A stretch of 64,000 bases of DNA from Seison nebaliae (taxonomy: Eukaryota): contig JALJEE010000939.1 of NCBI GenBank assembly GCA_023231475.1, positions 1 through 64,000 of the forward strand, written 5' to 3'. A model generated the notes under the pieces. It saw only the letters and a program-made list of their open reading frames with translations, was not told where the DNA came from and did no database searches. The stretch's first letter is position 1; each line of letters begins with the position of its first letter. This document shows, piece after piece, positions 33,098-45,350 of the stretch. Position numbers and translations under genes: made by a program.

Positions 33098-33781
33098 ATG
33101 AATCGAAATGATGATAATCATTATGGTTTTGTGGAGAAGTATTGGAATAATCGGAAATCAAATTTGGAAGGAATGATCGGTTTCGAGAAGTTGGATTTGA
33201 TGGACGTGATTGATTCGAGAAAGACTTTGAAAGATTTATTTGGAGAGACAGGAGGAAGAAGAGTATTGGATTGTGGTTGTGGAATTGGGAGAATAACGGA
33301 GAAAGTATTGATGCGATTTTTTGATAGAATCGATTGTGTCGATATCAGTGGAAAGCATTTGGATTGTTTAAAGAGACGTTTATCTTCCGAAAAGATCGAG
33401 AATATATATGAGGAATCATTACATAAATTCATTCCGAAACCAGATTATTATGATTGTATCTGGATACAATGGGTAATCTTATATTTGAATGATGAAGATG
33501 CTAAAGAATTCCTTATGAGATGTGGAAGATCGTTGAGGAAAGATGGAAAAGAATCGTCGATTATTCTAAAAGTTAATGTAGCAAGAAATGATGATGGAAT
33601 ATATGATAAAGATGATAGATCATTCGTTCGATCACATAAACAATTCCATTCGTTGTTTTCTGCTTCTAATTTAATAATAAGTTACGAGAAGGAGCAACCA
33701 CATTATCCGTCTGAATTATTTCCGTTATATTCCTTCGTATTGCATGTGAACGATAATGGAATTGTTAATTCGAACGAATAA
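33098..33781 (+). CDS. NTMT1: N-terminal Xaa-Pro-Lys methyltransferase (NTMT1/METTL11 family), single exon
   Basis: YW...GMIG, DVIDSR, LDCGCGIGRIT, YDCIWIQWV, YDKDDRSFVRS and YPSELFPL motifs. Confidence 0.9.
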   Translation: MNRNDDNHYGFVEKYWNNRKSNLEGMIGFEKLDLMDVIDSRKTLKDLFGETGGRRVLDCGCGIGRITEKVLMRFFDRIDCVDISGKHLDCLKRRLSSEKIENIYEESLHKFIPKPDYYDCIWIQWVILYLNDEDAKEFLMRCGRSLRKDGKESSIILKVNVARNDDGIYDKDDRSFVRSHKQFHSLFSASNLIISYEKEQPHYPSELFPLYSFVLHVNDNGIVNSNE

Positions 33782-34987
33782 AAAATGAATTAATATTTCA
33801 ATGACGACTTGGAAATGGGGAAAAGTTTCGACTAAATTCTCCCCACGGCAATTAATAGTGATGTGGTGGAAAGAAAAGACACATATTCACGTCACTTCTT
33901 TTCCATCAGCAAGGAAATATGGTCATGGAAATATCTTTTTTAATTGGGAGAGATCACTCGAATTTATTCTACCACATTCAACGAATGAAGACAGAAAAAT
34001 GTCTAATAGAAATTCGGTATGCCAAGATATGAATCTATTATGGATCAAGGTTCCATCAATATTCTTCTTATGATTGAACTAACATTATCGACTAATTATA
34101 TTGTGCTCATGAAATTCTGTTATTCATCTCGTTGTGTTTCTATCTCATATCTCAATCTCATATCAATTCACATTAGTATTTGTTGAAGAAATTTGCATAA
34201 TTTCCTTTCGACTAATTGATTCTCATTTGCCAATAAGCAAAATTCCTCAATTTCTTATTCTTCATTTGATTTCCGAATAAAATTCATATTCTAATTTATA
34301 TTCTCCTCTTTTTTCTTTTGCTCATCCAAATTTCATATAAATTATTAGAATCAAGAATAATTTATAGAATGAATATATCGCATTATATATTGACATCAGG
34401 TGCATATATTATCCACATATATATGTAATGGAACAAGGTTCATTCTATTGGAAATTCGAATGAAAGATTTTTTTGGAAAAAAAATCAATTTAACATTTTC
34501 TTTCTATTTACACCACCCACAAATATGGTACAAAGCATGAATAAATGTCAAATTTAGTTTCTTCTTTACTAACTTATAGATAAGTTGAAGGGAAAAAATA
34601 TAATAAGAAAATTTGTGATAATATATATATTATTGTCTTGAATAAAAAAAATTAGAAAATTATTAAATTATTTTTCATATTTTAATTCTAAACAATTATC
34701 AGGATAATGAAATTGATAAATAAGAAAGTTTTATGAAAATAAAAAATTTGACAATGAAATTTTTCTTCTGATTGTTGTATATAAATTTCCATTTGTCTTT
34801 TCATTTTTGCAGCATATTCTGTAGATAAGAAAAATGAATTTATCTTTATGAGAAGTTATTTAATTTTATGAAAAATTGAAATTCAGAAAATTTGTATTAT
34901 CTTTTCTTGAATAAATGTTAAAAGAGAAGAAAAGAATAAGTGAAGTTATAAATTAAGATAAATTCAAAGAAAAAGCCGTATCTGAGA

Positions 34988-35575
34988 ATGAACGCATTGC
35001 GTCGATCTGTTCAATGGAAGACTTTTACCAGAACATGGTATCTCTTCAATGCTGAATGGCAGGATGCTGTGTTAGTGGGAGATATAAGTGCAAAATATTT
35101 ACAAGGTAAACACAAGCCTTTCTATCACGAATTGAGTGATTGTGGTGATTATGTGGTAATAATAAATTCGGAAAAGATCGCTCTCAAAGATCCGTTGTGG
35201 AGAACTCATCGATTCTCTTCTCATACGGGATATGCCCGAGGCTTCTCTCAAATTAGTGCTTGGAAGAAACATGAAGACGATCCGACATACATAGCTCGTT
35301 TATGTACACATAATGCGATGAGGAACAATGTCAGCAGGAAGATGGCAATGGCGAGACTGTTCGTCTTTCCTGATAATGAAGAGAGTGTACCAAAGAATAT
35401 TTGGAATCGGATAACTGATCAGATTGAATGTCCAATGAGAATACCGAAACGACTTAATGAATATTCGGAAGAGGAAATAGAACAATTCCCCAAACTTTTC
35501 CAATTTCCTCAATTACACACGAAAAATAGTGAAAACAGAAATTTTATTGAAAAGAATTTCTTTTATAAAAATTAA
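34988..35575 (+). CDS. MRPL13: Mitochondrial ribosomal protein uL13m, single exon
   Basis: QWKTFTRTWYL, LQGKHKPFYH..DCGDYVVIINS, SHTGYARG and PKRLNEYSEEEIEQFPKL. Confidence 0.95.
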   Translation: MNALRRSVQWKTFTRTWYLFNAEWQDAVLVGDISAKYLQGKHKPFYHELSDCGDYVVIINSEKIALKDPLWRTHRFSSHTGYARGFSQISAWKKHEDDPTYIARLCTHNAMRNNVSRKMAMARLFVFPDNEESVPKNIWNRITDQIECPMRIPKRLNEYSEEEIEQFPKLFQFPQLHTKNSENRNFIEKNFFYKN

Positions 35576-35585
35576 TAAATCTCTT

Positions 35586-36071
35586 TCATTCTTTCTTTAA
35601 TGAGAGACCTTCTTTCCCGATTCCACCAAATCCGCCTGTCGAAAAAAAAATTAAATTTCAATTTCAAATATTGAAAAATTTTAACTTTTTGGAGTATTTC
35701 TCGGTTTTGTTCTCAATTTATTGAACGATGTTTGTTGAGGTTTAGTACTGATGAATTCCTCCAACACATCATCAGATATACGAATACAAACAATACAATT
35801 TCCTCTGATATGGATTTCAGGCATCTTCCAGAATTGCGTTCCATCACTACTCGTACAAATCACATCTTTCATATGAATATTCATATAAGAATCGACGGAA
35901 ATTAATCGTCCGTTATACGATTCACCATTCTTCAATTCTATCAACTAAATTTGTGAGTGAGACAAATAAATCAGGAAATAAAACCATTACAGAATTGACA
36001 GCGGCTTTTAATAAATTTAATGGCAACTAAAAAAATGTTAATAAAGTTTTTTGAGAAAGAAATTGAACCAT
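35586..36071 (-). CDS. LSM4: U6 snRNA-associated Sm-like protein LSm4, 4 exons
   Basis: Spliced product M|LPLNLLKAAVNSVM|LIELKNGESYNGRLISVDSYMNIHMKDVICTSSDGTQFWKMPEIHIRGN. Introns 36027-36068 (GTTCAA), 35945-35984 (GTTTTA) and 35636-35685 (GTTAAA). The last exon is less certain. Confidence 0.92.
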
Positions 36072-36376
36072 TATTCAGGATGATCCTACGAATTTTATAC
36101 TTCCGGTAAAATTGTGGGAAGATTTTTATTATGAGAAATATTCGCTAAATATCGTCTGAATAAAATTGAATTGGAACATTCGAATTCTTTTAAATTTGTA
36201 GACTTCAAATTTAAGTTAATTTCTATAAATATTTTCAAATAAAAAGAAATTTTAATTTATTTAATTAAATTTATTCTAAAGCCTCTCAATATACGATTAG
36301 ATAAAAATTAGATTAGTTGAAATAAATTAAAATGAATCGTCAATGGTCGTTAATAATCGTCGTTATGTGAATGTGA

Positions 36377-37875
36377 ATGATACAATTGAATGCCATAATG
36401 TATTTAAGTGAAAATATTTTAATTTTGACTATTTCCCGAATAATCATCTTCATTATCGGAGTTTAGTAAAAATTAATTTTTTTGAGAATTTTTCAATAAA
36501 TTTTTTCTTTTATGACAGTTTATTTCCAGTTCATTGCCAACAATTTTCCCACCAACCGACGTTTATGTGACGAATATGAAATTATATAATTTGACAATTC
36601 CATCGATGGAAGCATTTCGGAAATGGGATGCAATTCATTTCATCGATATTGGTGATTATGGATATCGAACGGATCGAATGACGGCATTCTTTCCAGGATA
36701 TCCATTAATTTTGAAATTAATGAAGAATTTTCTACAAATAGATTTGATGTGTTGTGGAATATTGATAAATTTCACGGTGAATATTATTTCGATGGAATTG
36801 TTGATAGAATTGTATAAATATTTTAAATGGACGAAGAAAATGAGCAAATTAGAATGTCGATTGATTTGCTTATTATTCTCTTTCAATCCTGCTACAATCT
36901 TCTTCTTTTCTTCTTATTCTGAATCGATGTTCTTCTTTCTCACAATTCTCTCAATCACTTTAATGTTTGGGAGAAATAAGTTCTATTTATCATTAATTCC
37001 ATTATTTATCGCATCATTTATTCGATCAAATAATTTCTTATATCTAATCATAACTGGATCATATTTATTCTCGGAATTATATCATCGTTTCATTCACAAG
37101 AAGAATATTCTCTTTAGTCTCGCAATATTCTCCTTCAAATTATCTCTATCAATTCTCATTATATTCATTCCATTATTCTCATATCAAGCAATGATATACT
37201 CATATTTCTGTCAATTGAACATCATCAAAATCTTTCCTTTCAATTTACTTTTTCCTAATTCATCCAACATCTCATCACCATCCTGGTGTTCAATAGATTC
37301 ATTGATGAAACATCTTGTCGGATTTCCAATATCATATTCATATATTCAATCGAAATATTGGAATGTGGGTTTCCTTCGTTTCTACGAAATGAAACAATTC
37401 TTCAATTTCATTATGGCCTCACCGATTTTCTATTTGTCTGGTCGACTAATATCGAATTATCGAATGAAGAAATTGTGTTGTGATATGAAGAAATTAATTT
37501 TTTTCAATTATAATCATTTCTCCCTTTTGGCTATTCAACGGACATTTTTCTCTATTTCAATACTCCTCCAATTTATTATTTGTCTTATTATCGGTCTTAC
37601 TTTTATTCATATTCAAGTTAATTTTTTTCTCTATTAAAACTATAAATTTCCGTTTTCTTCAGGTAAATACCAGATTCTTGTTATCATCATCACCATTCCT
37701 CCTTCTAACATTAGTCGATTATTTGTCGGAGAACCTTCCAAAAATGGGAAAAGATGCGAATTATCTCAAAATCATTGAACATTTGAATAAAAACGAAAAA
37801 TTTATTTTTTATTTTTTCTCAATTTATTTTATTGGGGGAACGTTCGCCTTTTGTCAATTCCTTCCTTTTGTTTAA
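36377..37875 (+). CDS. PIGV: GPI mannosyltransferase 2, 3 exons (start at 36377 or 36398)
   Basis: KWDAIHF..I...GY, AFFPGYP, FNPATIFFSSYSESMF, RSN, YSYIQSKYWNVGFLRFY, HIQ|VNTRFLLSSSP and C-terminal FLPFV. Introns 36461-36518 (GTTTAG) and 37617-37662 (GTTAAT). Confidence 0.93.
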
Positions 37876-38025
37876 ATTTTTCATTCCGAGAAAATATTCG
37901 GGAAAATTTTTACGATATTTCAATTGATCAATTTCAAAAAATAATTTTTCAAAAAAATTTTTTTAGAGACTTTTTTCTTTCGATTGTTTAGAATGAATTG
38001 CAACTAAATTTACGTTGTTGGAATT

Positions 38026-39150
38026 ATGGCGTCGATGGCAAAGAATAATTTTGAGATTCCTAATTGGGCCGGTCAACCGCCATCCGGTTTACATATGGAT
38101 GTAATGAAAGAATCGAAATTAATTCAAAAATTGATGATTGATGAAAAGAATCATTATTATTTTGGAAGAAATCAATCATTGAACGATTTCTCCATCGATC
38201 ACACATCATGTTCACGTGTTCATGCTGTTCTGGTATGGCATCGTCATCTGGAATGTTGTTTTCTAATTGATTTGGGTAGTACACATGGAACATTTATTGG
38301 AACTCATCGATTGGAATCGAATGTTCCTCAACAATTGGAATTTGGGAGGGAATTCCAATTTGGTGCATCTACTCGTCAATATATTGTTCGTGAGAGACCG
38401 AACATCGGAGGAAATACTAATGCTGATTCCACAACCATCAATGATGATTTATGTTCGAGAACGAATGACACCTCACAAGAAATCCATCCCACATTGAAAA
38501 TGGATGAAGATGAATTACAGAATGTAACCGAATTCAATACGGCACATAATCGACGTTTAACTCAATTCATTGACGTACTCACCAGTTCTACAAACAACTC
38601 CCAAAAAACGGCGATATCGTTATCGAAAGGAAATTCTGGTTCTGTAACGACTACGTTGAATAAGAAGAAAAATCGGAAAAGAAAAAATGTTCATTTTCAT
38701 GAAGAAGAGGCAGTTATTAATTTAAATGAAGTTACTCCAAATATGGGGAAATTCGGATGTCTCGCTAATGTGACAATGATCGAATCGTCGAAAAAAGTTC
38801 GTTTATCTGAACCTGAACCACAATCTTTGAATCCACAAGACAAATTGGATGATGATAATTTCTCATCTCAATCGAATGGACAAACGAATAATAAAATTTC
38901 ATCTCATCATCAAATAGCGAATTGTTTGGGATTGCCAATACCGAATCTTACTCCCAGTATTAATAAGAATGAACAATTACCAACTATCGTACAACCCGAT
39001 TCAGCAATCAATTCACTCTCTCGTCCATTCGACAATTTCCAACAATTCGATTTGGAAACATTAGATGGAGTACATCGAGAAAAGAAGAAATATCAGAAGG
39101 AGACTTGGCCGAAAATGAAGGAACAATCGTTCGATACACAATTTCAATGA
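38026..39150 (+). CDS. PPP1R8: Nuclear inhibitor of protein phosphatase 1 (NIPP1), single exon
   Basis: PNWAGQPPSGLHMDVMK, FHA domain (FGRN, HTSCSRVHA, DLGSTHGTF, FGASTR), TEFNTAHNRR, RVxF-like KNVHF and C-terminal KKKYQKETWP. Confidence 0.93.
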   Translation: MASMAKNNFEIPNWAGQPPSGLHMDVMKESKLIQKLMIDEKNHYYFGRNQSLNDFSIDHTSCSRVHAVLVWHRHLECCFLIDLGSTHGTFIGTHRLESNVPQQLEFGREFQFGASTRQYIVRERPNIGGNTNADSTTINDDLCSRTNDTSQEIHPTLKMDEDELQNVTEFNTAHNRRLTQFIDVLTSSTNNSQKTAISLSKGNSGSVTTTLNKKKNRKRKNVHFHEEEAVINLNEVTPNMGKFGCLANVTMIESSKKVRLSEPEPQSLNPQDKLDDDNFSSQSNGQTNNKISSHHQIANCLGLPIPNLTPSINKNEQLPTIVQPDSAINSLSRPFDNFQQFDLETLDGVHREKKKYQKETWPKMKEQSFDTQFQ

Positions 39151-39280
39151 GAATGAGAAATAAAAAGTAAAATTTAAAATTTTATTTATGTCTCATAATT
39201 CTCTTGTAAAAATAAGTTTATAATAATAATAATCATCATAATGATAATAATAATCGTTTGATAATGAGAATTAATAAAAA

Positions 39281-40225
39281 TTATTCTAATTCAACTTTCA
39301 TTGGTGAGAGGAATAATGAATTGTTCTTATCAATGAATTCCGTTTTAATGAAAATTAATAATTTTTTCGCTTTCTTATTTAACATCGATTCCACTTCACG
39401 ATTCAATTCGTTCACTTCTTTAAACGGTTTGAATGATAAACAACATTCCGGATACAAATAACTTTTCTCAGTTGAATGTTGAAATTTTACGGAAATAATA
39501 TAATCATAATTCGGCAATTCGATTCCATAAATAATCGACCAGTAATCTTTTAAAGTTTCTTTCCTCGTCTCATCTGCTAGATGAATCGAATCAACTTTCA
39601 CTCCACTGAAATTAGGTAGGACATGGAAAAAATAATCTTTCACATTCTTCTCATTACTTGATAAGACTTTGACATTCAACGACTGATATTCGATGAGAAG
39701 TGGATGAAATTTCAAGACCATCTGATTATCCTCAATTCGAAAATTGCATCGAATTGCTGGAATTTTATAATGTTGCATTGACTTAATTGATAATAATGTT
39801 GAAATATTGACGAAATAATATTGTCTATTGATTTGAATTAGAGACCAGTTGTCGTCATCACGTTCATTAAGTCTCTTCGATAAGATACGACAAAATGCAG
39901 GAACTAAATGATGTGACGGCAAACTTTTTGATACATATGGCGAAGAAGAGAATAATGGTCCGATTTGAGTTTCGAATGATAACGGATAAAATACACAGCA
40001 ACGAAAAAAACGATATTTCTCCAGATAAAATAAACAGTTTTCTGGAAGTTGTTTAATAATTTGTCGGAGTTGGAGAATCTTATCTCGAAATGAATTATTT
40101 GGCAATTGATCGACATTGAAAATATTGAAATCGAAATCTTCGTTACATAAATCGATTTTCATATCTTTATTGAAGTAATTGTAAACTTTCACTTTTCCAT
40201 TACGAACTAATGGATTTTTGTACAT
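39281..40225 (-). CDS. C18orf63/DUF4708-like protein; 5' end uncertain (possible upstream exon at about 40245-40463)
   Basis: The motif series HVLPN ... LKDYWSIIYGIELP ... YLYPECCL resembles DUF4708/C18orf63 (recognised from memory, not searched). Confidence 0.5.
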   Translation of the reverse strand: MYKNPLVRNGKVKVYNYFNKDMKIDLCNEDFDFNIFNVDQLPNNSFRDKILQLRQIIKQLPENCLFYLEKYRFFRCCVFYPLSFETQIGPLFSSSPYVSKSLPSHHLVPAFCRILSKRLNERDDDNWSLIQINRQYYFVNISTLLSIKSMQHYKIPAIRCNFRIEDNQMVLKFHPLLIEYQSLNVKVLSSNEKNVKDYFFHVLPNFSGVKVDSIHLADETRKETLKDYWSIIYGIELPNYDYIISVKFQHSTEKSYLYPECCLSFKPFKEVNELNREVESMLNKKAKKLLIFIKTEFIDKNNSLFLSPMKVELE

Positions 40226-40528
40226 ATTTGATGAATATTGAAGATTAATATGAAAGTAAATGAATAAATAATGAATTTATTATTTTGGATAATGAAAATG
40301 AATGCGTGCATATATAAAATTCAAACGTGATTGTATTAACGTGTTGTGCATTGCACATTATATTTGAAATTATCTTTGTGTCTTCTTTTGAAAAGTTAAA
40401 GAAAAATAAAATGAATACATTCGGTTGGAAAAAAAGTGTTTTGTTCGTTCTATGAAATCTCATGAAATTAACAATTTTCTTGTATTGTCAATTGAACGTA
40501 ATTTATATCGTTAAAACACGAAAACGGT

Positions 40529-43501
40529 TTAAGGATCGACGAATGAGACCATAATATATCGAGTACCTTTAGTTGTGGGAAGACCTTCATGTATATGAGT
40601 CAATCTACCTGGATGGATTAATCCCCATCCTTGTTTTGTTTCGGTCACTTGACAATTGAAACGACCAAATGAACTACCACCTCCTTCAAAATCGAGATGT
40701 TTTCGATTTAATGACAAATTTAAAGTCCAAGTGGATGCGTCATGATGAGGTCTTAAACGGTCTTGTTCTGTCGGTTTATAACGTACAATAAAGTTCATGA
40801 TCGCTCTTGGTTTCTAAATATTAAAATATATATATAAATATATAAATTTGAGAAGATTTTTAAAATAATTAACATCGCCATCATATCCAGTGAATACCGT
40901 CATGACAACTGGAGCAACGTACGCTCTTAAAAATTCCAACCAATGACTCTCCCAATCTAATTGTTTCATATGTGTGTCGATTGTTGGAACATTTTCATAA
41001 CCGCCATCCAATCGTGCGTCCTCATGTTTTCCATGTGACCATTCGCCTAATGTTTCTGCCATGTCAATTAAACTTTCAGTGAATTCAACTGATACAACTG
41101 GAAACCAATAAACATCTGGACATGGCTATGATGAATTTTTTGGAAATTAGGCATAAAATTAAGAAGAAAACTTGAGAGATGTTAATTGGCTTATCAAAAT
41201 TTTTCGGATAATCTTTATGAATATATCGACGTTGCCATAATATGGGATTGGTGAAAATCTCATACATTTCTGGTCTGGTTCGTGATATGTTATATGTTTC
41301 AGGATTAACGAGAAATCCTATATATATTTCATTAATTACATTCATGAAATGTCCCTGGGAGAAATGAGAATTAATTTTATAAATAAAACAGAAATGACTA
41401 ACATGTTCCCGTAAGTATTTGCACAATGTCATATCAGGATCAATATCATCATTAGTGAGATCATCGGCTTTAAATGATGACATTATACCTTCAGCATTCA
41501 TGTAATCCTTCTCCTCTGATATTCTCTTCATCAACGACCATTTGATTAAATAGACTTCATTCACAAAAGGAACATTCCAGACACCACTAAAATAAACGGA
41601 CTATTTATTTAAAATCTAAAAAATGGAATAACGTTCGATCACCGTTAATAATTTGAAGATAATCTTCGGATCGTTGATAATATCCATTCTCAGATATACT
41701 ACCCCAGAAATTACTCCAATTTTGTTGTGGTCTCGTTACGACGGGTGCAATAAAATTCCTTTAAAATAAAATTTCCTTAAAATGAAATGACATTGAAGAC
41801 GGAACTTTTTTGTTTTCAAAAGATGTTTGATCGTCTGATTATTCTCCAAATGAACAATCGAGTTGATATAAAAATAATATTCACAATCACCTTTATTTGT
41901 GACGCATTCATCACTAGAACTAGTTTCACGAAAACGAGAATATCAAAAGGAAAATGAACAATGCTTTCGCTTTCGCCGTTGCTTCTCCCATATCAACTTC
42001 AACTTTCATAAATTTGATCACACTATATTTCTCGTGGTAGAGTGTCAAATAATCTTCAATCAATTTCATATGATAATCCATCTAAATATTAATGTTATAT
42101 AAATATAATAATTCTTAAATAAAATTTCTAACGGAATTGTAAATGAACAAAGTGATTTTGTCTTTAGGATAATCCAAATTATAAAGATTTTTGAAAAATT
42201 CTTCCATAAACGGAGTTGCTTGAGTCACAAACACACCAATAGTGATATGAGGTAACTAAAATTTCATTATGATTATTTTAATTAATTAAAAGAAATTATT
42301 AACTTCTTCATCTTTCAATTCTGGTTCGTTTGTGACACATCCAGGACATGGATTACTCATACTCCACTTGCCACCGACATAATTTCCAATATGATTCAAT
42401 TCCAACTATACAATGAGATAGAAAGTGATTTGTAATAAAACAAAAAAACTTTTGTTGGTCCATTACCATGGATGATTGAAGGTTCGGTATAATGAAGAGT
42501 ATTCTGAACTGATGTTTGATCCTCATCGATTAATAACTTAATATTTTGAACGTCACCGTTTAAATTCTATTCCATATTCGAAATATGTTAATAAATTAGA
42601 GAAAAGATTGAAGAACTTGGAAAATTAATGATGTTGTATCTAGTCCCCAATTTAGAGTTGTCCTTAAAGGTTCGTTTAGGAATTGCATCGTATAATATCT
42701 GGATAAATGATGGAGTTAATAAGAATTAAAGTAAGAGCAAAACCGTTGATCATCGAAAGTATTATCCAAATCTTCCTCTGGCATAATCGCCAACAATTCT
42801 TTTGCATAACCAATAAATGCTCCACTATTCAAAAACGGACTATCAATTTCTACATTCGCTACAGCAGGATATTCCGTCTATAAATTTACCATGAACTTTA
42901 TTATTTTCCTTCATCGAAATTTTATTAACATCAACTGCACGATCGGGCCAACAGAACTTTTCTGCTGAGAATACAACATTCTTTTTGAATGATTTGAATT
43001 TATTAATCACAACAATCGGTTCATCAACAAATACGACGTCATATCTAAAAGGAGAATTTATGAAGTTGTTTATTGATAAAATTGAATAAAAATTATTAAC
43101 CCGTCAACGAAAAGAACTACTGTTTTTTCGTTCTTCTTATTAATTTTTGATAATTCTTTTTTCAGAATATTTATTTTTTGTCCACCACCTTGACCGGTCG
43201 CCATATCACCACCTTCCCAATCTTCATTTAAACCCAACACCTAATAAAAATGATAAAAATAATGAGAAGAAATTGGAGAGAATATTTCTAACTTTATAAT
43301 TATAATTGAAATGTTTCAACGTTTCTTCCAATTGGTTGAAACCGTCGGTCTTTTCCGTTGCTATGGTAAGTACCACATAATCGTCAACTGTAAAATAATT
43401 GGAATTAGATGTAAAGTAAAAGAATGAGAACTTTTAATTTCATCCGCATTGATCAATTGTGAGAAGAATGAGAGGAATAAAGTCAAAGAAAGAACAAACA
43501 T
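40529..43501 (-). CDS. PLOD: Procollagen lysyl hydroxylase/glycosyltransferase (PLOD/LH3-like), 16 exons
   Basis: Signal peptide, [90 protein letters not shown] and [12 protein letters not shown]. Introns at 40814-40873, 41126-41171, 41355-41402, 41587-41632, 41759-41805, 41914-41959, 42082-42132, 42256-42303, 42406-42449, 42567-42616, 42699-42743, 42878-42929, 43045-43100, 43241-43292 and 43388-43431, all GTT-AG on the minus strand. Confidence 0.95.
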
Positions 43502-45350
43502 TCTATGGGAGAAAGATGATGTAGAGTTTTATTGGTATTCGTCTAATTTATATTTTCTCCTATTTTTGTGTGATACGAAATATCTTCTAATATTCATATT
43601 GATTGACATCTATTCTTATATATAGAATATTCCATCAATTATATGGAAGTGAATAGACAATTATTTTCTGAAAATGAGTTTTTTTTTCAAATAATATATC
43701 GATATGTCGATCACTATTAGAGGAAGATGAGATGATATTATACTAGAATTGAAAGATATGCAAATAGAAATGGGGGAAAAGAAAGAACTTCTTTTCGTTC
43801 TTTCCATTCCTCCAATCTTTTGTTCTCTAACACGTAAAAGATCGTCGATTTCAATAGTGCAGCTACTCAAACAAAGAATTTAATGTAGGTCATCTTCTTG
43901 TAAAAGCACCTCATTCCATACGAGTAATTGACGTCTAATACCCAAAATGATTTTCTTAATGCAAAACCAGAATGAGATTTAGAAAAGAATGTTTTTTTAG
44001 AATGAAAATTCTTTAGAAGAAACTGGCGTTTAATGTTATCTTTTTCCTTCTTCTATGTGGTTTTACTCTCTCATTTTATAATGATGGAAGTTGAGTAGAC
44101 GAATCACCAGCACACTTTTAGCCACGTCAGCTTATTTATCGTTTTCGACTTATGATTAACCGTCCAACATCTCTTTTATGAATGATGTGCGTTGTTGCAC
44201 ATATCACTCTCTTATTTGATCGGAAGATAGAATATCGTGCTTTTTAATCAATCACTCTCCTCATGCGTTCATATATACCGTTCATAGATATTCGTTCATA
44301 CTAGGAAAAGGCCATCGATCGTTTAGTGTTGATGTATAAGAAAATGTAAGTTAGTTAATATGTGAGATTTTATATATTTTTCCCGAAAATTTTATGTTGA
44401 TTAAAGAAACCATTAGCCAATTTTTTTCTCTCTACATTCTACTATAATTGTTATTACCAGTAATACCACTACCACCACTATTACTACTACGGAATCAGTA
44501 TCGTAGTTCGAAATAGTTGTCGGAATTATATAGGTCAAATAGAGAAATTTATCTGTCTATAACTTTCCGTTCGTTCCCATCGTGCATTATCGAATCAATT
44601 AAAATCATTTAAACTCTGTTTGATCTTACTCTAATCGTCATCTGACTATCTGAAGAACATATTCTCAAATATCCAAACTATTCCGATAATTATATGAAAC
44701 TTCCTGTCTGTAAAAATAATTTACTTTTATAATAGAAACTAAATTTGAAATTGAAATCGAATTGAAAGAAACCTTTTCAATTTTTTAAAAATAATTAATA
44801 ATTTTAATTAATTAATTTCAGTAATCAGAGTCGCTTTCATGAGATAGAGGGACGGAATTGTTATTAAATGAATTTAAATGCATGGAAACGAAATTTTTGA
44901 ACATTTTGTAAACCGTCAATAAATGTTTTCAAATTGTTAAACATTTGTTAATGCTCTTACAATTCCTTAGAATACATTGATCTAAGGAATTTGTAAGGTC
45001 AATTACTTTTGTTCAAATGAAAACTAACATCATACTATAAGTCCTATATATTCGAGTGTTCGAGTATTCGATATATAATAAGAGAAAATTCATCGTTATC
45101 AATGTCTGCCATGATATATGATGGAAATCAAACTAAACTTTTGTTTGGTCAGTTGGTCACGCCACTATTAGAAGATAAGATATCTACATAGATGTATATT
45201 AGATACTTATCGATGTAATTCTATATTAATCAGCAAATTTATCAACAAATGTTGGCGATGTCAAATATAAGATGCGGAATATAAAACATAGAAATTTCTT
45301 GTTCGATAGTTTAATTTGAAAAATATTTTTAGAATTTAAATAATTTTATC

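Noticed and set aside
40529..43501. Non-GT-AG or U12-type introns
   Set aside because: Every junction resolved as GT...AG. No ATATCC/GTATCC donors were seen, so the anomaly lies at +3 and beyond, not in the terminal dinucleotides.
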